From positions 1 through 32,851 of the forward strand of contig BDIP01000084.1 of the NCBI GenBank assembly GCA_003568945.1: a DNA stretch of 32,851 bases, given 5' to 3'. The position numbers were made by a program, and so were the translations under genes. Each line of letters begins with the position of its first letter. Within the stretch, counting starts at the first letter, position 1. Origin of the DNA: Kipferlia bialata (taxonomy: Eukaryota). A model generated the notes under the pieces. That model ran no database searches. It was given only the letters and a program-made list of their open reading frames with translations, and was not told the DNA's origin. Of this stretch, positions 1-14,465 are shown piece by piece.

Positions 1-290
1 GGGGTGAGGAATAGATACGAATATAGTATACAATACACATTGGTATAGAGAGAGATATATATATACCCACCAGGAGCATGGTGTCAACACTGGGTGTGAG
101 GAATAGATACGAATATAGTATACAATACACATTGGTATAGAGAGAGAGATATATATACCCACCAGGAGCATGGTGTCAACACTGGGGGTGAGGAATAGAT
201 ATAATATATGATATATACAACTGTGGAATATTGTAGTACGAGAGAAGGAGAGAGCAGGGCATGGTGTCAACACTGGGTGTGAGGAATAGA
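1..290. repeat. Tandem ~94-bp unit containing an acceptor and exon start (echo array)
   Basis: CAGGAGCATGGTGTCAACACTGGG(T/G)GTGAGGAATAGATA recurs at about 71 and 163, with a variant at about 255. Confidence 0.85.
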
Positions 291-1079
291 TATCCAATCA
301 CATATCGATTTGATAAAGAATGATAGAGAGATGAGGAGTATACCCAGCTCTCATCTCTTACATTAATATTATATATATATATATACAGTGGCTGTACTAT
401 ACCTGGCTCTAATCTCGTCCTGCACCCTGGCGTCCATCTGTCTGATCAGGGCTGGGGGTCAGACAAGGAGTATATGGGGGGTCAGAATACATCAAATATA
501 TATATATATATATATAACAATAGTAGTAATACATATATATAGCAGTTATTGATGTACCCTGTCGTCCATCTGTCTGATCAGGGCTGGAGGTCAGAATACA
601 TCATTTTTATATATATATACTTATGAATGTATACATTACTCAATTAGTGTACATGGTAATATGAGAATACATATATACGCCCTGGCATCTATCTGTACAA
701 GGAGATTATATACACATATTCATTGGTACATTAGTATTAGTATATATGTGCACCATAGTGTCCGTATGTCTGATCAGGGGTCAGAATATATAACAATTAT
801 ATATACACCAATACCTATGATCCTCTGTACTGTAGGCTCAAATATCTCCTTGGCATCCTCGTCTGTCAACACAAGGTCAGTGTCATACCCATCCTGCTCC
901 TCCTAAGGGTCAAGAAGGGTCAAACAGAGTTTCAACAAGTCAATACAGGTCAACAGGGGCTAAACAGAGTCTCTACAAGTCTATAAGTCAATACCTCTAG
1001 CCTGAACTGGACCTCCTGGGGGAGACTCTTGTAGATACCGACAGGGATGGGGATGTAGACATCATCCTGTGGTGAACGG

Positions 1080-1129
<50 letters not shown>

Positions 1130-4100
1130 CTAACATATTGATACAATCTATATATATTCATAGATAATTCACTCGCCTACGGTAGATAAGGATATGTTCA
1201 AAGCGTCGATATAGAAGGAATTCATTATGTGAGAACCTGCATATATATATATACATATTCATATACATACCGTGTCCTCCCTCCCGACCTCCTTCTTGGC
1301 ATAATTACAAATATACATATATATATATATATATACATCTATCTATATATCTGTATATACACACACACATANNNNNNNNNNNNNNNNNNNNNNNNNNNNN
1401 NNNNTCTGTATATACACACACACATACCGTGTCCTCCCTCCCGACCTCCTTCTTGGCATTGTCCCAGGCAGTGTAGAGAGACTGCATGTCCCTGGGGTCA
1501 GACGTATAATATATATGTATACCAAATATAGATATGAATATGAATATGGATGGTATAGATAGAGTACGCAGACTGCCTGCATGTCCTTAGGGTCGGACTC
1601 ATATATTCATATATATAGATTTATCCGCATTCACAAGAATATATATATACATATACATATAATACACATACTGCCACTCACTTTGGCCTCTCTCTCTCTG
1701 CCTTGTCGACCTGTTCAGGGGTCAGCTTGTCACAGACCCACTCCTAACGGTAAGACATCACAACAGTAACAGAAAATATATGTGTCATAGTAAATGTGTA
1801 TATATACAAGTATACCATATATACAAGTATACCATATATATCCACATACCCTGAAGCTGGCGTCCACAAAGGTGCCTCCACAGGTGCCACCCAGGCCCCG
1901 GCAGACCTAGGGATTAGTTTTATATGTATATATATATATATATATAATATATCCAAAATCAATATGTATAGACATACACAAATAACCCAGGCCTTGCCAG
2001 ACCTAAGTATCAGTACACATGCCTACATACAAGCCCCCAATAATAGAATACACATACATATACCCATATAGTGTCATATAATATATATACCTCCTCCAGT
2101 GCGTCCTCCCCGTCCTTGATGGTCATCTTGTGCACAGTCAGGTCAACAGTGCCACCACCTGAGGGTGAGTGTATAGAGAGTAAAGAGAGAGAGAGAGAGA
2201 GAGAGTATTGAGACACAAGAGAAGTCAACAGTGCCACCACCTGAGGTGAGTGTATACCAATACATACTCAGCCAGACTGACTAGATACTCAACCATAGAC
2301 GTGAGAGAGAGCGCATCTCTACCTGCGCCTACAACCATGAAGACCGCCCCCCCCCCCCTCCCCCTCTCTCTATATATATACATTTGTCAACACACATAAG
2401 TATATACATACCTGCGTCCACCACCATGAATATCTCCCCCTCCTTGAACTGGAAGGCAGGGCCCTGGAATTAGTTATATATTAGTTCTATATATATATAT
2501 ATAGAGAGAGAGAGAGTATTGACATTCGATGTGATGATGTATCCCTCCTTGAACTGGAAGGCAGGGCCCTGGCATAAGATTATGAAATAGTATATATTAT
2601 GATATACAATACTATATCATTTGTGCGATGCGAGGATTGAACTGCAAGGCAGGGCCCTGCCATAAGGTAACACAACAAGAAGAGTATACATATGAGTGTA
2701 CTGTATCTCTACATACTATATGTACCTTTGTCTTGCTGAACACTGCAGCAGCCTCAGGCTCAGTCTGTATATAGCCTATGACTGGATATACTATATATAT
2801 ACTGCATGTATATGTATATATATATACTGTATGTATATATACTACATAATACACCTTTCTCTTATTATATGACTGGATACTATACTATAAATACACTACA
2901 TATATAGTATATACAATACCTTTGTCTTGCTGAACACAGATATATTGTCAGGAAGAGTATACTAATACTAAGTGTATACCTTTGTCTTGCTGAACACTGC
3001 AGCTGCCTCAGGCTCCATGTGTATATTGTATGTGACTGGATACTATACTAAATATATACTGTATGTATAGTATAGTATATAAACTGTATGTATATGTATG
3101 TATAGTATACCTTTGTCTTGCTGAACACTGCAGCTGCCTCAGGCTCCAGAATGAGTAGCAGACGGGGACTGTCCAGCTCGTGGATAAGGCCTTGACATTA
3201 GTGCTGAATGCACAAGAATATACTGTATATAATGTTAAAATAATCACTATTTGCAGAAATAGAATTCATAAGAAAGTAGTATGAGTAGCAGACGGGGGCT
3301 GTCCAGCTCGTGGATGAGGCCTGGAAATAAGAATGAGTATACATGTATGAATAATATGTAGTATGAAAGAAGCAGTAGTTAGAGTGAGTAGCAGACAGGG
3401 ACTGTCCAGCTCGTGGATAAGGCCTAGCATAAGTGATATACGCATAAGTCTATGAATGCATACACAGAACGACAGTACTATGTATAATACATACTGTATA
3501 TATACTAGTCACAGATCCCCCAACCTGCCTCGAGTGCTGCCTCTCTCATCTGTCCCTTGGCCTGGTCAGTCCACTGGGGGGTAAGACATCTATATATAGA
3601 TAGATAGAGAGAGAGAGAGACAGAGAGAGGGAGGGGGAGAGGGGGGGGGGCAAAAAAGGAGGGAAAGAGAGAAATCTGTCCCTTGGCCTGGTCAGTCCAC
3701 AAGGATATGAGAGAGAGAGAGAGAGAGAGAGAACAATCGTACCATTGCTGGCACTGTGAGGCACCACTTGACATAGTAAAGTACAAATATATAAGTATAT
3801 ATATGACATATAAACTTATGGAGATATAAATATATATTTAGAAATCTCACATACCATTGCTGGCACTGTGAGGCACCACTTGACATTGTCGATGGACATC
3901 ATGTCGTCATACTGCTTGGCAATGTGCTAGAATTAGATGACTCAATCTGTATATGCATACATATGTATACACCCATATGTATATATATATATATATATAC
4001 GTGTGTCGATGGACATCATGTCGTCATACTGCTTGGCAATGTGCTGGGGTGAGATAAGTATATGTGTATATCAATATAGTAAACATATCTTGTCCTCATA

Positions 4101-4686
4101 CTGCTTGGCAATGTGCTGGGGTTAGTAAAGTGGGGAATTAATATGTATAATATTTCGTATATATGAGTATATGAGTATATACGTGTCGATGGACTCCATA
4201 CTGCTTGGCAATGTGCTGGATTAGAAAACCTTATATATATATGCATACATACATAAAGAGGTAATGTATACACCTATACATACCGCACTGATATCCCTCA
4301 GCATGAGGCCCAGGTTAGTCTCTCTCTCTCTCTTCATATACATATGTATATATATATGTATATAGTAATATATATATACTAATACTATAGGTATCAATGT
4401 AAAGATTTATATATATATATATATATATATTACTATATACCCTGATCCAGCAACAGCTTGAACCTCTTGAGCACCATGACATTGGGGTCATATATACATG
4501 TATATACACTATATATATATATATATATATATAAACAATACCATTTACCTTGATCAAGCAACAGCTTGAACCTCTTGAGCACCATGACATTGGGGTCAGG
4601 CCTGCGCTGCTTGACAGCTGGAGAGTTAGAGAAAATACATATAATTGAGAGAGAGATACTCATCCTTCCGGTGAGTGAGACAGTGG

Positions 4687-4719
<33 letters not shown>

Positions 4720-4838
4720 CTACACTCACCCACAGCCCTGGCATTCCAGCCCCACTTGGTAGCCTTCCACTCAGACCCCTCTCCGTCTCTCTCATAGACA
4801 ATCTCTGTGACAGTCTTGCAGTACGGGGAGGGCTGGCC
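1..4838 (-). CDS. HSPA12: HSPA12-like atypical Hsp70, multi-exon; N-terminus not found, C-terminus runs off the left end
   Basis: Spliced exons (about 4730-4838, 4549-4618, 3854-3926, 3524-3575, 3111-3191, 2411-2464, 2091-2159, 1850-1906, 1427-1491, 973-1067, 818-866, 403-452, 67-90) read YCKTVTEIVY..KWGWNAR / VLKRFKLLL / VKWCLTVPAMWTDQAKGQMREAALEAG / LLLILEPEAAAVF / FMVVDAGGGTVDLTVH / GGTCGGTFVDASF / EIFEPTVQRII / VDTMLLVG. These match HSPA12-family motifs (WVITVPAIW, LEPEAA, VVDCGGGTVD). Confidence 0.85.
1372..1404. other. Assembly gap (N run) with duplicated flanks
   Basis: 33 N; TCTGTATATACACACACACATA lies immediately on both sides. Confidence 0.95.
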
Positions 4839-5136
4839 CTGGGGTGATCTCTTGACAGGGAAAATTACATACATATATATGTATACATATATAGGCGCGG
4901 CGGGGGAGCGGGTGGGGTATATTCATATATATATTGGTATGGGGCAGTACAGGAGAGCTGGCCCTGGGGTGAGCGGCGGGGAGAGAGAGAGTGAGAGTTT
5001 ATACATAAATATGTATTGATATAGGGAGGGCTGACCTGGAGTGATCTAGGGGGGGGGGGGGGGGGGGGGGAGGGGTATATATAGTATATAGTATACAAAT
5101 ATTCCATAGTACATAATATATATATTGATATATGCA

Positions 5137-5506
5137 GAGAGGGAGATGAGGCCCATGTTGGCTATGGAACGGAGTCTAAGGTGAGTGATATGTATATTGA
5201 TATATACACGGTAAAAGAAATACATATAGTAATGGTATATATAGTATATGAGGCCCATGTTGGCAATGGAACGGAGTCTAGGGTGAGGGGGGGGGGGTAT
5301 ATAGCATACAAATATAGTGTATATATGCATACATGGTATATGAGGCCCATGTTGGCACCTGTCCTCTATCTGGTTGTGTATCAACCAATGTAACTGACCC
5401 ACTATGTACACCAAACTACACAGATATATATATGTGTGTGTGTGGACATATGTATGTATGTATGTGTGTATATATATATGTATGTATGTGTGTATATATA
5501 TATATA

Positions 5507-5537
<31 letters not shown>

Positions 5538-5584
5538 GTGTGTGTATATATATATATGTGTGTGTGTGTGTATATATATATATA

Positions 5585-5629
<45 letters not shown>

Positions 5630-8600
5630 ATATATAAATATTTGTATATTTGTATGTGTATGTATGTGTGTGGTCACAGCAGAGCGACCTCACCTGTCCT
5701 CTCTCTGGTTGCCCCAATATGGTATATGTATTAGATTATATACGTATATATATACGTATATATATATATATACACACTGACAGTACCTGTCCTCAATCTG
5801 GTTGTGTATCTTGGCAGCCTCTAGCAGAGTGGCATATCTGATACCCCAATATAGTATATATTGTATAAGTATATATTGTATTAGTATATACATATGTACA
5901 TACACTAACAGCACCTGTCCTCTATCTGGTTGTGTATCTTGGCTGCCTCTAGCAGAGTGGCATATCTGATGCCTAGCTCCTCGCAGGTCCTCTCTCTCTC
6001 CCTCTCCTTCTTCCTCCTGCCACCCTCGGTGTCGTCTGGGGCTTAGGGACAATGATATGTGTTACATATATATACATACATAAATATGTACATGTGAATG
6101 TGTTGTATCTCTCGGCGTCATCTGGGGGTAAGTGACAATGATATGTGTTATATATATATACATACATAAGTGACGTCATCTGGGAATGATATATGAATAT
6201 ACGCAAATATACATACATATGCATACTCAAAATACTGATATTGATGCACAGATGTATGTGTTGTATCTGGCGGTAGCATAGCAGGGACATATTTACATTC
6301 ATATATACTATCGATATGCAGATATGTTGTCTTCTGGCGGTAGAACATACAAGGGACATATAATTAACTATAATTATGTATAATAATGGGTAAGCGCATA
6401 AAGGTGACTCTGATATATGAATATACTCACATAATATAGATGTATATACGCTATTTACCTGCTAACAGTGACTGGAAGCACCCGTATGCACACCATATAG
6501 AGTATACACATATGTATATACTATTTCTACCTGGCATGTCTGGGGTGGAGGGGCAGCAGGGAGGCCTGGCGACCTGGGGTCAGCGTTGAGGAAAGGCACC
6601 ATGCTATACTATATATATAGTGCATAGTATATAAAGAGTATATCTCAATGCCACACATAGCATGGAGGGAGGCCTGGCGACCTGGCATCAGTGTAGAACA
6701 TACAACATGCATATATACACGGAATAATAGCAGACCCTACATATCGAATATATAATAATGTATACCCAACCTGTGTCTGTCATAGAACATAATCCCTACG
6801 CAACAACTAGGTCAAGTAATACAACTGAAAATGTAGAGTATACACAACCTGCGTGTGTTATCCTGACAGTCTCTGGCACTGTCCCCTTGAGTATGTCAGT
6901 GTATGCAGTGGGGGATGTCAGCATCCCAAGGGCCACAAGAACACCAACGGCATCAGCTAGGGCCTACAAATAAGCGAAAATATACATACATACACACACA
7001 CACGCATATATATATATATAGGTATATAGGTATATATATAGCAAAGTATGCCCAGGGCCACAAGAACACCAATGGCATCGGCAAGGGCCTACACATTAGG
7101 GTATTGTTACACATACATATAGGCATATATGAAATACCAACGCCATCCACTAGGAGTATATCTCTGTACCTTTGTGCTTGGGGGTGATGGGAATGGGAAT
7201 GCAGCCAGGGACGTCATCCCGATGCTGGTGATCCTGGGGGTCAGAGTAGAATATGGTATATGTATATACTATATATATAGGGCATTGTATACACAGCAAC
7301 ATATATATCATGCCAATGCTGGTGATCCTGGGGGGTTAGGGTAGATACAATAATAATGAAGTGTATAGTGAATACAGATATATATATGTGTGTAAATATA
7401 CCATCCCGATGCTGGTGATCCTGGGGGTAAGGGTATATCGAAATACTAACCCACACACACACACATATATACATATATATTAACAACATCATACCATACT
7501 CTGTCACCACACCTATACTATACAACAGATATGTATCCACCAATACCCATACCTAGCATCACGACATACTATATACAAAAGTTATGTATACTGAGTACTA
7601 TTACCTCAGCACAGCCGACTCCAGTGGCAGTCTCTCTGTATATATATATATATATATATATCAATATATACATGTATATATATATACATAGTGTCATACC
7701 TCAGCACGGCTGATTCCAGTGGCAGTCTCTCTATCACCATACATATACTATATACAAAAGTAATGTATACTTAGTACTATTACCTATATACATATTTATG
7801 TACTTATAGTGTCATACCTCAGGACGGCCGACTCCAAAGGCAGTCTCTCTGTCTCTGGGGCATCGAACTCCTCTAGGTTGCCAAGGGCAGAGGCAGAGAA
7901 GAGACGGTAGCAGGTACCAGTGTCCATACGGCCTAGGGTTGGATATATGTATATATACATGTACATATATATACAAATACATATATATATATATTCATGA
8001 GTGTATATAGGTGCCAGTGTCCATACGACCTTGTATATATGACAATGAGTCGGTATTAGTGTATATTGATAGGAGAACAGGCGGTAGCAGGTGCTAGTGT
8101 CCAAACGCCAAGTGTTGAATAATGAATATTTGACAGAATAGTGACAGATATGCTAATTGCATATGACGTCGCACACATGTCTCTTGAAACATATACATAG
8201 AGTACACATACACATACATATACATAGACTAGTGTATGTACCTGCCCTCTGACCGGCACTGACATATATATACACACATAAATATATATATACATATATT
8301 CATATTATTATATATAACTTATTGAGACATAGAATATAGTATATATATATATATGCATGTGTATATACATACCTGCCCTTCCTGCCCTCTGACTGGCACT
8401 GGCCCTGCTCACCCACTGGATCTGGGGGGTGAGACAGAAATATATATGCATAGTCTATGTATATATATACGGAATGGTATAAATACAGTATATACAGTAG
8501 TGAATGAGTATGGCCCTGCTCACCCACTGGATCTGGGGGGGGGGGGGAGAGATAACGGTCTATACATCTATATCTATATATATATACACATCCATGTACC

Positions 8601-8691
8601 TGCAGTGACACACTCTTTGTGTCTGGGTTGTAGACCAGGGTCATATATTTATGTCTGCCAGAGTCAACGACAAAGCTAAGGGTTAAGGGTG

Positions 8692-8733
<42 letters not shown>

Positions 8734-9236
8734 CTTGTGTTGGTCAGAGTCCCCAATAAATACTCATGTGTACACTTATAGATGTGTACGCGTGTATAGA
8801 AGTGTGCAAAGTCAGTACAGGCATCTACTAATTACAAACATATGTACATACCGGATGCCAGGGACTGGTGAGACTGGTCTCTATCCCACAAACACAGGCA
8901 CATGTACATATATATATATATATGTGTGTGTGTGCCTATCAATACATGTATACTACCATATATGTACACACCGGATGCAGTACCAACGCTAGCACATACT
9001 AATTACAAACATATGCACATACCGGATTCCAGGGATTGTGAGACTGGTCTCTGCCACATTTGTGGCCACCACAACACGTCTAGTGCCAGGGGGGACAGGC
9101 TCCCAGACCTACATGTAAGAGGGATAGATAGGTATATATAGACATGTATATATATAGAGAGAGAGAGAGAGTATGGTGCCAGGGGGGACAGGCTCCCAGA
9201 CCTATAGATGAGAGATAGATATATGTAGATATATAT

Positions 9237-9292
<56 letters not shown>

Positions 9293-10203
9293 TGGTGCCA
9301 GGGGGGACAGGCTCCCAGACCTACAGATAAGACAGGAGATAGTTATATGACAAAACACGTATACCCTATTTGTGTAAACATATGTAAACACACCTTCTGC
9401 TGCTGTGGCAGTGACAGCTGTACTTACAGAGTATACCTATATACCTATATACACACATACATATATATAAACATATAGATATATATACCTTCTGCTGCTG
9501 TGCCAGTGACAGCTGTGCATAGTATATATACAACTATATATCTATATATTACAGTATAGTATACATATATACACACCTTCTGCTGCTGTGCCAGTGACAG
9601 CTGTGCGTAGAGGGGCAGCACCTCCAGGTGGATGGGTCTATCCTCTTTAATAGCCTTGTCAATCCTAGGGTGAGAGAGTGGATATATATCTATATATATA
9701 TATATATATATACACACACATATGACCTTGTCGATCCTATGGTGAGAGGGCATACAGATACCTAACATGGATATGGTTAAGATAGGATAGGGAATGACAC
9801 TGATACCTACCCACCCTCTACATATGTGTGTGTATATGTACACAATACAATACCTATCCACCCTCTCTGCCACTGGGACTGGTAGTGTGATACTAATACT
9901 AAACATACTATAGTATAATACAGTACACTACACTAATGCCCTTGTATATAGATATATATATTAGTGTATATATATACATACCTATCCACCCTCTCTGCCT
10001 CTGGGACTGGCTGTGTCTGTGTCACACCCTCCTGGCCCAGGGTCTCATAGCCAGAGGGCAGGGAGCCTAAGATATTAGATATAACATATTAGACATTAGA
10101 TACACTATACATATGTATATACACATATGCATGTCAGTGTATATATAGTAATGGCGCAAGGTATTCATAGCCAGAGGGCAGGGAGCCTAGGGGTAAGACA
10201 TAC

Positions 10204-10237
<34 letters not shown>

Positions 10238-12219
10238 CAGAGAGAGATGACCAAGGGTCTCATAGCCAGAGGGCAGAGAGCCTGAGGTGATTAGATCTAC
10301 TCGGAATATATACATAGTGAGTGATGCTTATAGAAGAAAGTTCCTTCTGATAGTATACTACTCTGTATATAGTATATATATACATTTACTCTTTTGGTAT
10401 ACTATATATACAGTACAGGATGTGATGACGACTGGGGTGCTCAGTTCTATATATATATATATATATATTCAGAGCACAATGTCTGATGCATTAAGCAATA
10501 CCGTATCGTCACAGAGAGTGGTGTGTGTATACTTAGTATGGATATACATATGGGGTATGGGAAGATGTGGTGGTGTGTACAATACCTAGGCTGTCAATCT
10601 CCACGCCTGGTACGGGCTGTAAGAGATAGGTTAACTATAACTATAACTATATATACAAGTATACATACAGTATCTGTACGGGCTGTAAGAGACAGGTGTA
10701 CCCTATGTATACTAGTACATATGTATACTAATACATATGCATAAGTATACAGTGTCTACAGTATATATATGCTTGTACCTAGGCTGTCAATCTCCACCCC
10801 GGGTATGGGCTGTGTGGTGGGGGCCTCGCCTGCAATGACAGGCATGTCGGCAAAGGCATCGACCTAGGGGTAAGGTATGTATACATATATATATGTATAG
10901 GTATATGTGTATGTATATGTGTGTATGTATAGAGAGAGAGAGAGAGACAGAGAGAGAGAGAGAGGGATAATGCTATGACAGGCATGTCGGCAAAGGCATC
11001 GACCTACATGTTAGGTAGGTATATATATATATGTATATATATATAGAGAGAGAGATATCCTGCTTTGGCAGCATGTCGGCAAAGGCATCGACCTGTAAGT
11101 ATAAATGTATATATATGTAGAGAGAGCAAGAGAGAGAGAGAGAGCAAGAGAGGTCGGCAAAGACATTGAGCTAGTGATGAGATGCATTCTCATACACAAG
11201 ACATAAGAGAAATGATATTGCTATCAGAAGTAGGAATATGGTATGTACATATACCCACCTGCCACTCCTCGGCCATCCCCCACTCTAGATATTTACACAT
11301 ATACAATATGTGTATATATATACATATATACTAACTATATATATATACATATACTACATACTATATACACCCACCTGCCACTCCTCAGCCATCCCCCCCA
11401 CCGCCAGCTCGGCATCGTCCTCCTCCTCCTCTCTCTCTCTCTGCTTGTCCCTGTTATTCCCTCTCTCTCCCCCTCTCCTCCCAGCCCTCCACGCTGCATT
11501 CTCTCTGGTATTGTGCCTCTCCCCCTGCTCCTCAGTCCCCTTCAGCATGCCTATAGTGAGTGAATGTATATATACTATACATACCTAATATAGGTAGAAT
11601 GTATACATAGTAATTAATACATTGCATCTTAATATACCTATGATCCCCACAATCTCAGACTCCTTCCTGTACTATACACACCATAAGCTATCCACAATAT
11701 GCACCTACAAGTACTGTGCATACTATTCAAGTACCTTTCAGCCCGACGATCTCCTTCCTCAAACACACACATATATCAGATACTTGTGTCTACAAGGCCG
11801 CATAATATTTTTATATACAGTGTACCTATCAGCCCGACGATCTCCTTCCTGCCCGGCATGAACACAAGGATGTCACCAGCTGGGGTGAGGGGAATCAATA
11901 TGTACTTTTCAATAATGTCTGAATCTATGCTAACATGATATGATATGATATTGATATCACACCTAGGTGGCGTGTAGACATATGTATATATGTATATATC
12001 ACACCTGGTGTGTTCTGGTGGATCCACTTGACACGGGCACACACAATATATATATATATATATATATATAGATATATGAATATATGTAGACTATTGCTTA
12101 TATATATATATACTAATACCTGGTGTATACTATATATATATGTGTGTGTATATACTAATACCTGGTGTGTTCTGGTGGATCCACTTGACACGGGCACAGG
12201 CCTTGAAGATATACCTATG

Positions 12220-12265
<46 letters not shown>

Positions 12266-13223
12266 CCAAGGAGATATACCTATGGTAAGTGGGGGGGGGG
12301 GGCAGAGACAGGTCAGATAGGAATACGTTTACTTATAAGTAATCTACTCTAATGCACTATACCTGTCTGACGTCTAGGTGGCATATATATACACACACAC
12401 ACATATATATATATATTAATATACTTTCATATGTATATCTATCTATCTATATATACATACCTGTCCGATGTCTCTGTGTCCACTGTGTGGTGGATGGCCA
12501 CAAGTACATACATATATATATATATACATTGTACTAGTGCATATAGTGGATATATATATATATATACCATACCTATCCGATGTCTCTGTGTCCACTGTGT
12601 GGTGGATGGCCACAGGGAACTGCCTGCCCTCAACCTGATGGGTGGGATGGTATATAGGGTGGCATATATATATATATATACGTATATACACGTATATATA
12701 TAAGAACAGCCTATGGCATAGTATGCAATATACTATATATATACACATATGCTATGTACCTTGACCAGGGGTGGGCTGGGGTGGAACAGGTCCTTGTTCT
12801 GGGTGAAGTCAGTCACCCTGGGGGTCAGGGATACATATGTATATATATATTACATATATTAATTACATATATATATATGTGTACTTAGAAGGTACTATAT
12901 ATATATATTACATATATAAACTACATATATATACATGTACTTAGAAGGTGAAGTCCGTCACCCTGGGGTTAGCAATACACACATAATAGTCATAACTATA
13001 CAATTATTCTACTAATACTGATACAGTTCTGGGTGAAGTCAGTCACCCTGGCGGTCAGTGATATATGGTAGAGCTGGACACATGGAGTCATTTGAGTACT
13101 TTCAAGAGATACTTGTAGAGAGAGAGAGAGATAGAGAAGGAAACAGAGATCAGACATAGATAGAGAAAGGCCGAACATAGGGACACAGAGCATATATTAC
13201 ATATATATACACATATCTATATA

Positions 13224-13260
<37 letters not shown>

Positions 13261-13912
13261 TACCTGAGCGTGGCACTCATGACCAGCACCTTGAGGGGGC
13301 CCAGCTGCTTGGACAGGTCTGGGGTGAGTATACCGATACACTATATATATATATATATAGTTAGCCCAGCTGCTTAGACAGGTCTGGGGGTCAGACACTG
13401 ATAGAATATATATGTACAGATATGTATAAGATATATAATGTGGGAGGCAACAGGATTATCCAGCTCTGGAGTGAGTGTACCGTTACACTATACGTGTAGA
13501 TGCACAATACACAACATGTACTCATATACGTAAATATATATGTGTAGAAATATGTATTGTGTACACTAACTGCCTAGACAGGTCTGGGGGTAAGATACTG
13601 TTAGACTGTGTATATATATATGCATGCATATATATGTAATGTGGTATGCCACCAGTTTATACATGTCAGGGTAAGGCAGGGCCAGACTGTATACCCATAC
13701 ACACTATTCATATATTAAATAATATGTCATTACTCATTAATTATTACTTATATGCATATATGTATATATCCACATTCACCAGTTGCAGAATACTATAGTC
13801 TAGTATCCTATTCACACACCTCCCTCCCCGTTGTTTGCATTCATGACTGCCCTCTCGTACTGATTGCGCCTGGCACGCACAGACCCAGAGAGGAAGCCTG
13901 ATATAAGTATTC

Positions 13913-13957
<45 letters not shown>

Positions 13958-14426
13958 CGCCTGGCACGGACAGACCCAGAGATGTATATCATATGTACAT
14001 ATAAAGAGAGAGAGAGAGAAAGAGACATAGAGACCCCGGCTCTGACAAACACGGAAGGGAAGCTTGGACTACATACCTAGCAGCACATCTGTGTCGAGGC
14101 TCCTCTCGTGTGCCTCATCCACCACCACGATGGAGTAGGCAGACAGAAGGAAGTCGGACCTGGGGTAAATGCTGCTTCAATATTATGAGACTATTCCAGG
14201 GCAGTATGTGAGAAAGAACGGACTCTTCATTTCACTCTATCCAACTTTACTACTACACTTCATCTACAGATAGTTGACAAATGAGACCCACTATATACCT
14301 GAGCTCTGCCAGCAGCATACCGTCATACACTGCACTGCACCATATATATATATATATTAGGACACTATAAATATATATACTGTATACATGCCTTAGCTCT
14401 GCCAGCAGGATACCGTCTATATTGTC

Positions 14427-14465
<39 letters not shown>

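Noticed and set aside
2720..3430. Repeat-spacer-like pattern resembling a CRISPR array
   Set aside because: The repeats are exon fragments that change from locus to locus, spacers are microsatellites of irregular length, the context is eukaryotic and there are no cas genes.
661..14052. Numerous Y/I/C/V/H/T-rich ORFs in the six-frame track (e.g. 5046-5717, 5333-5734)
   Set aside because: They are translations of (TA)n/(TG)n/(GA)n microsatellites, not genes.
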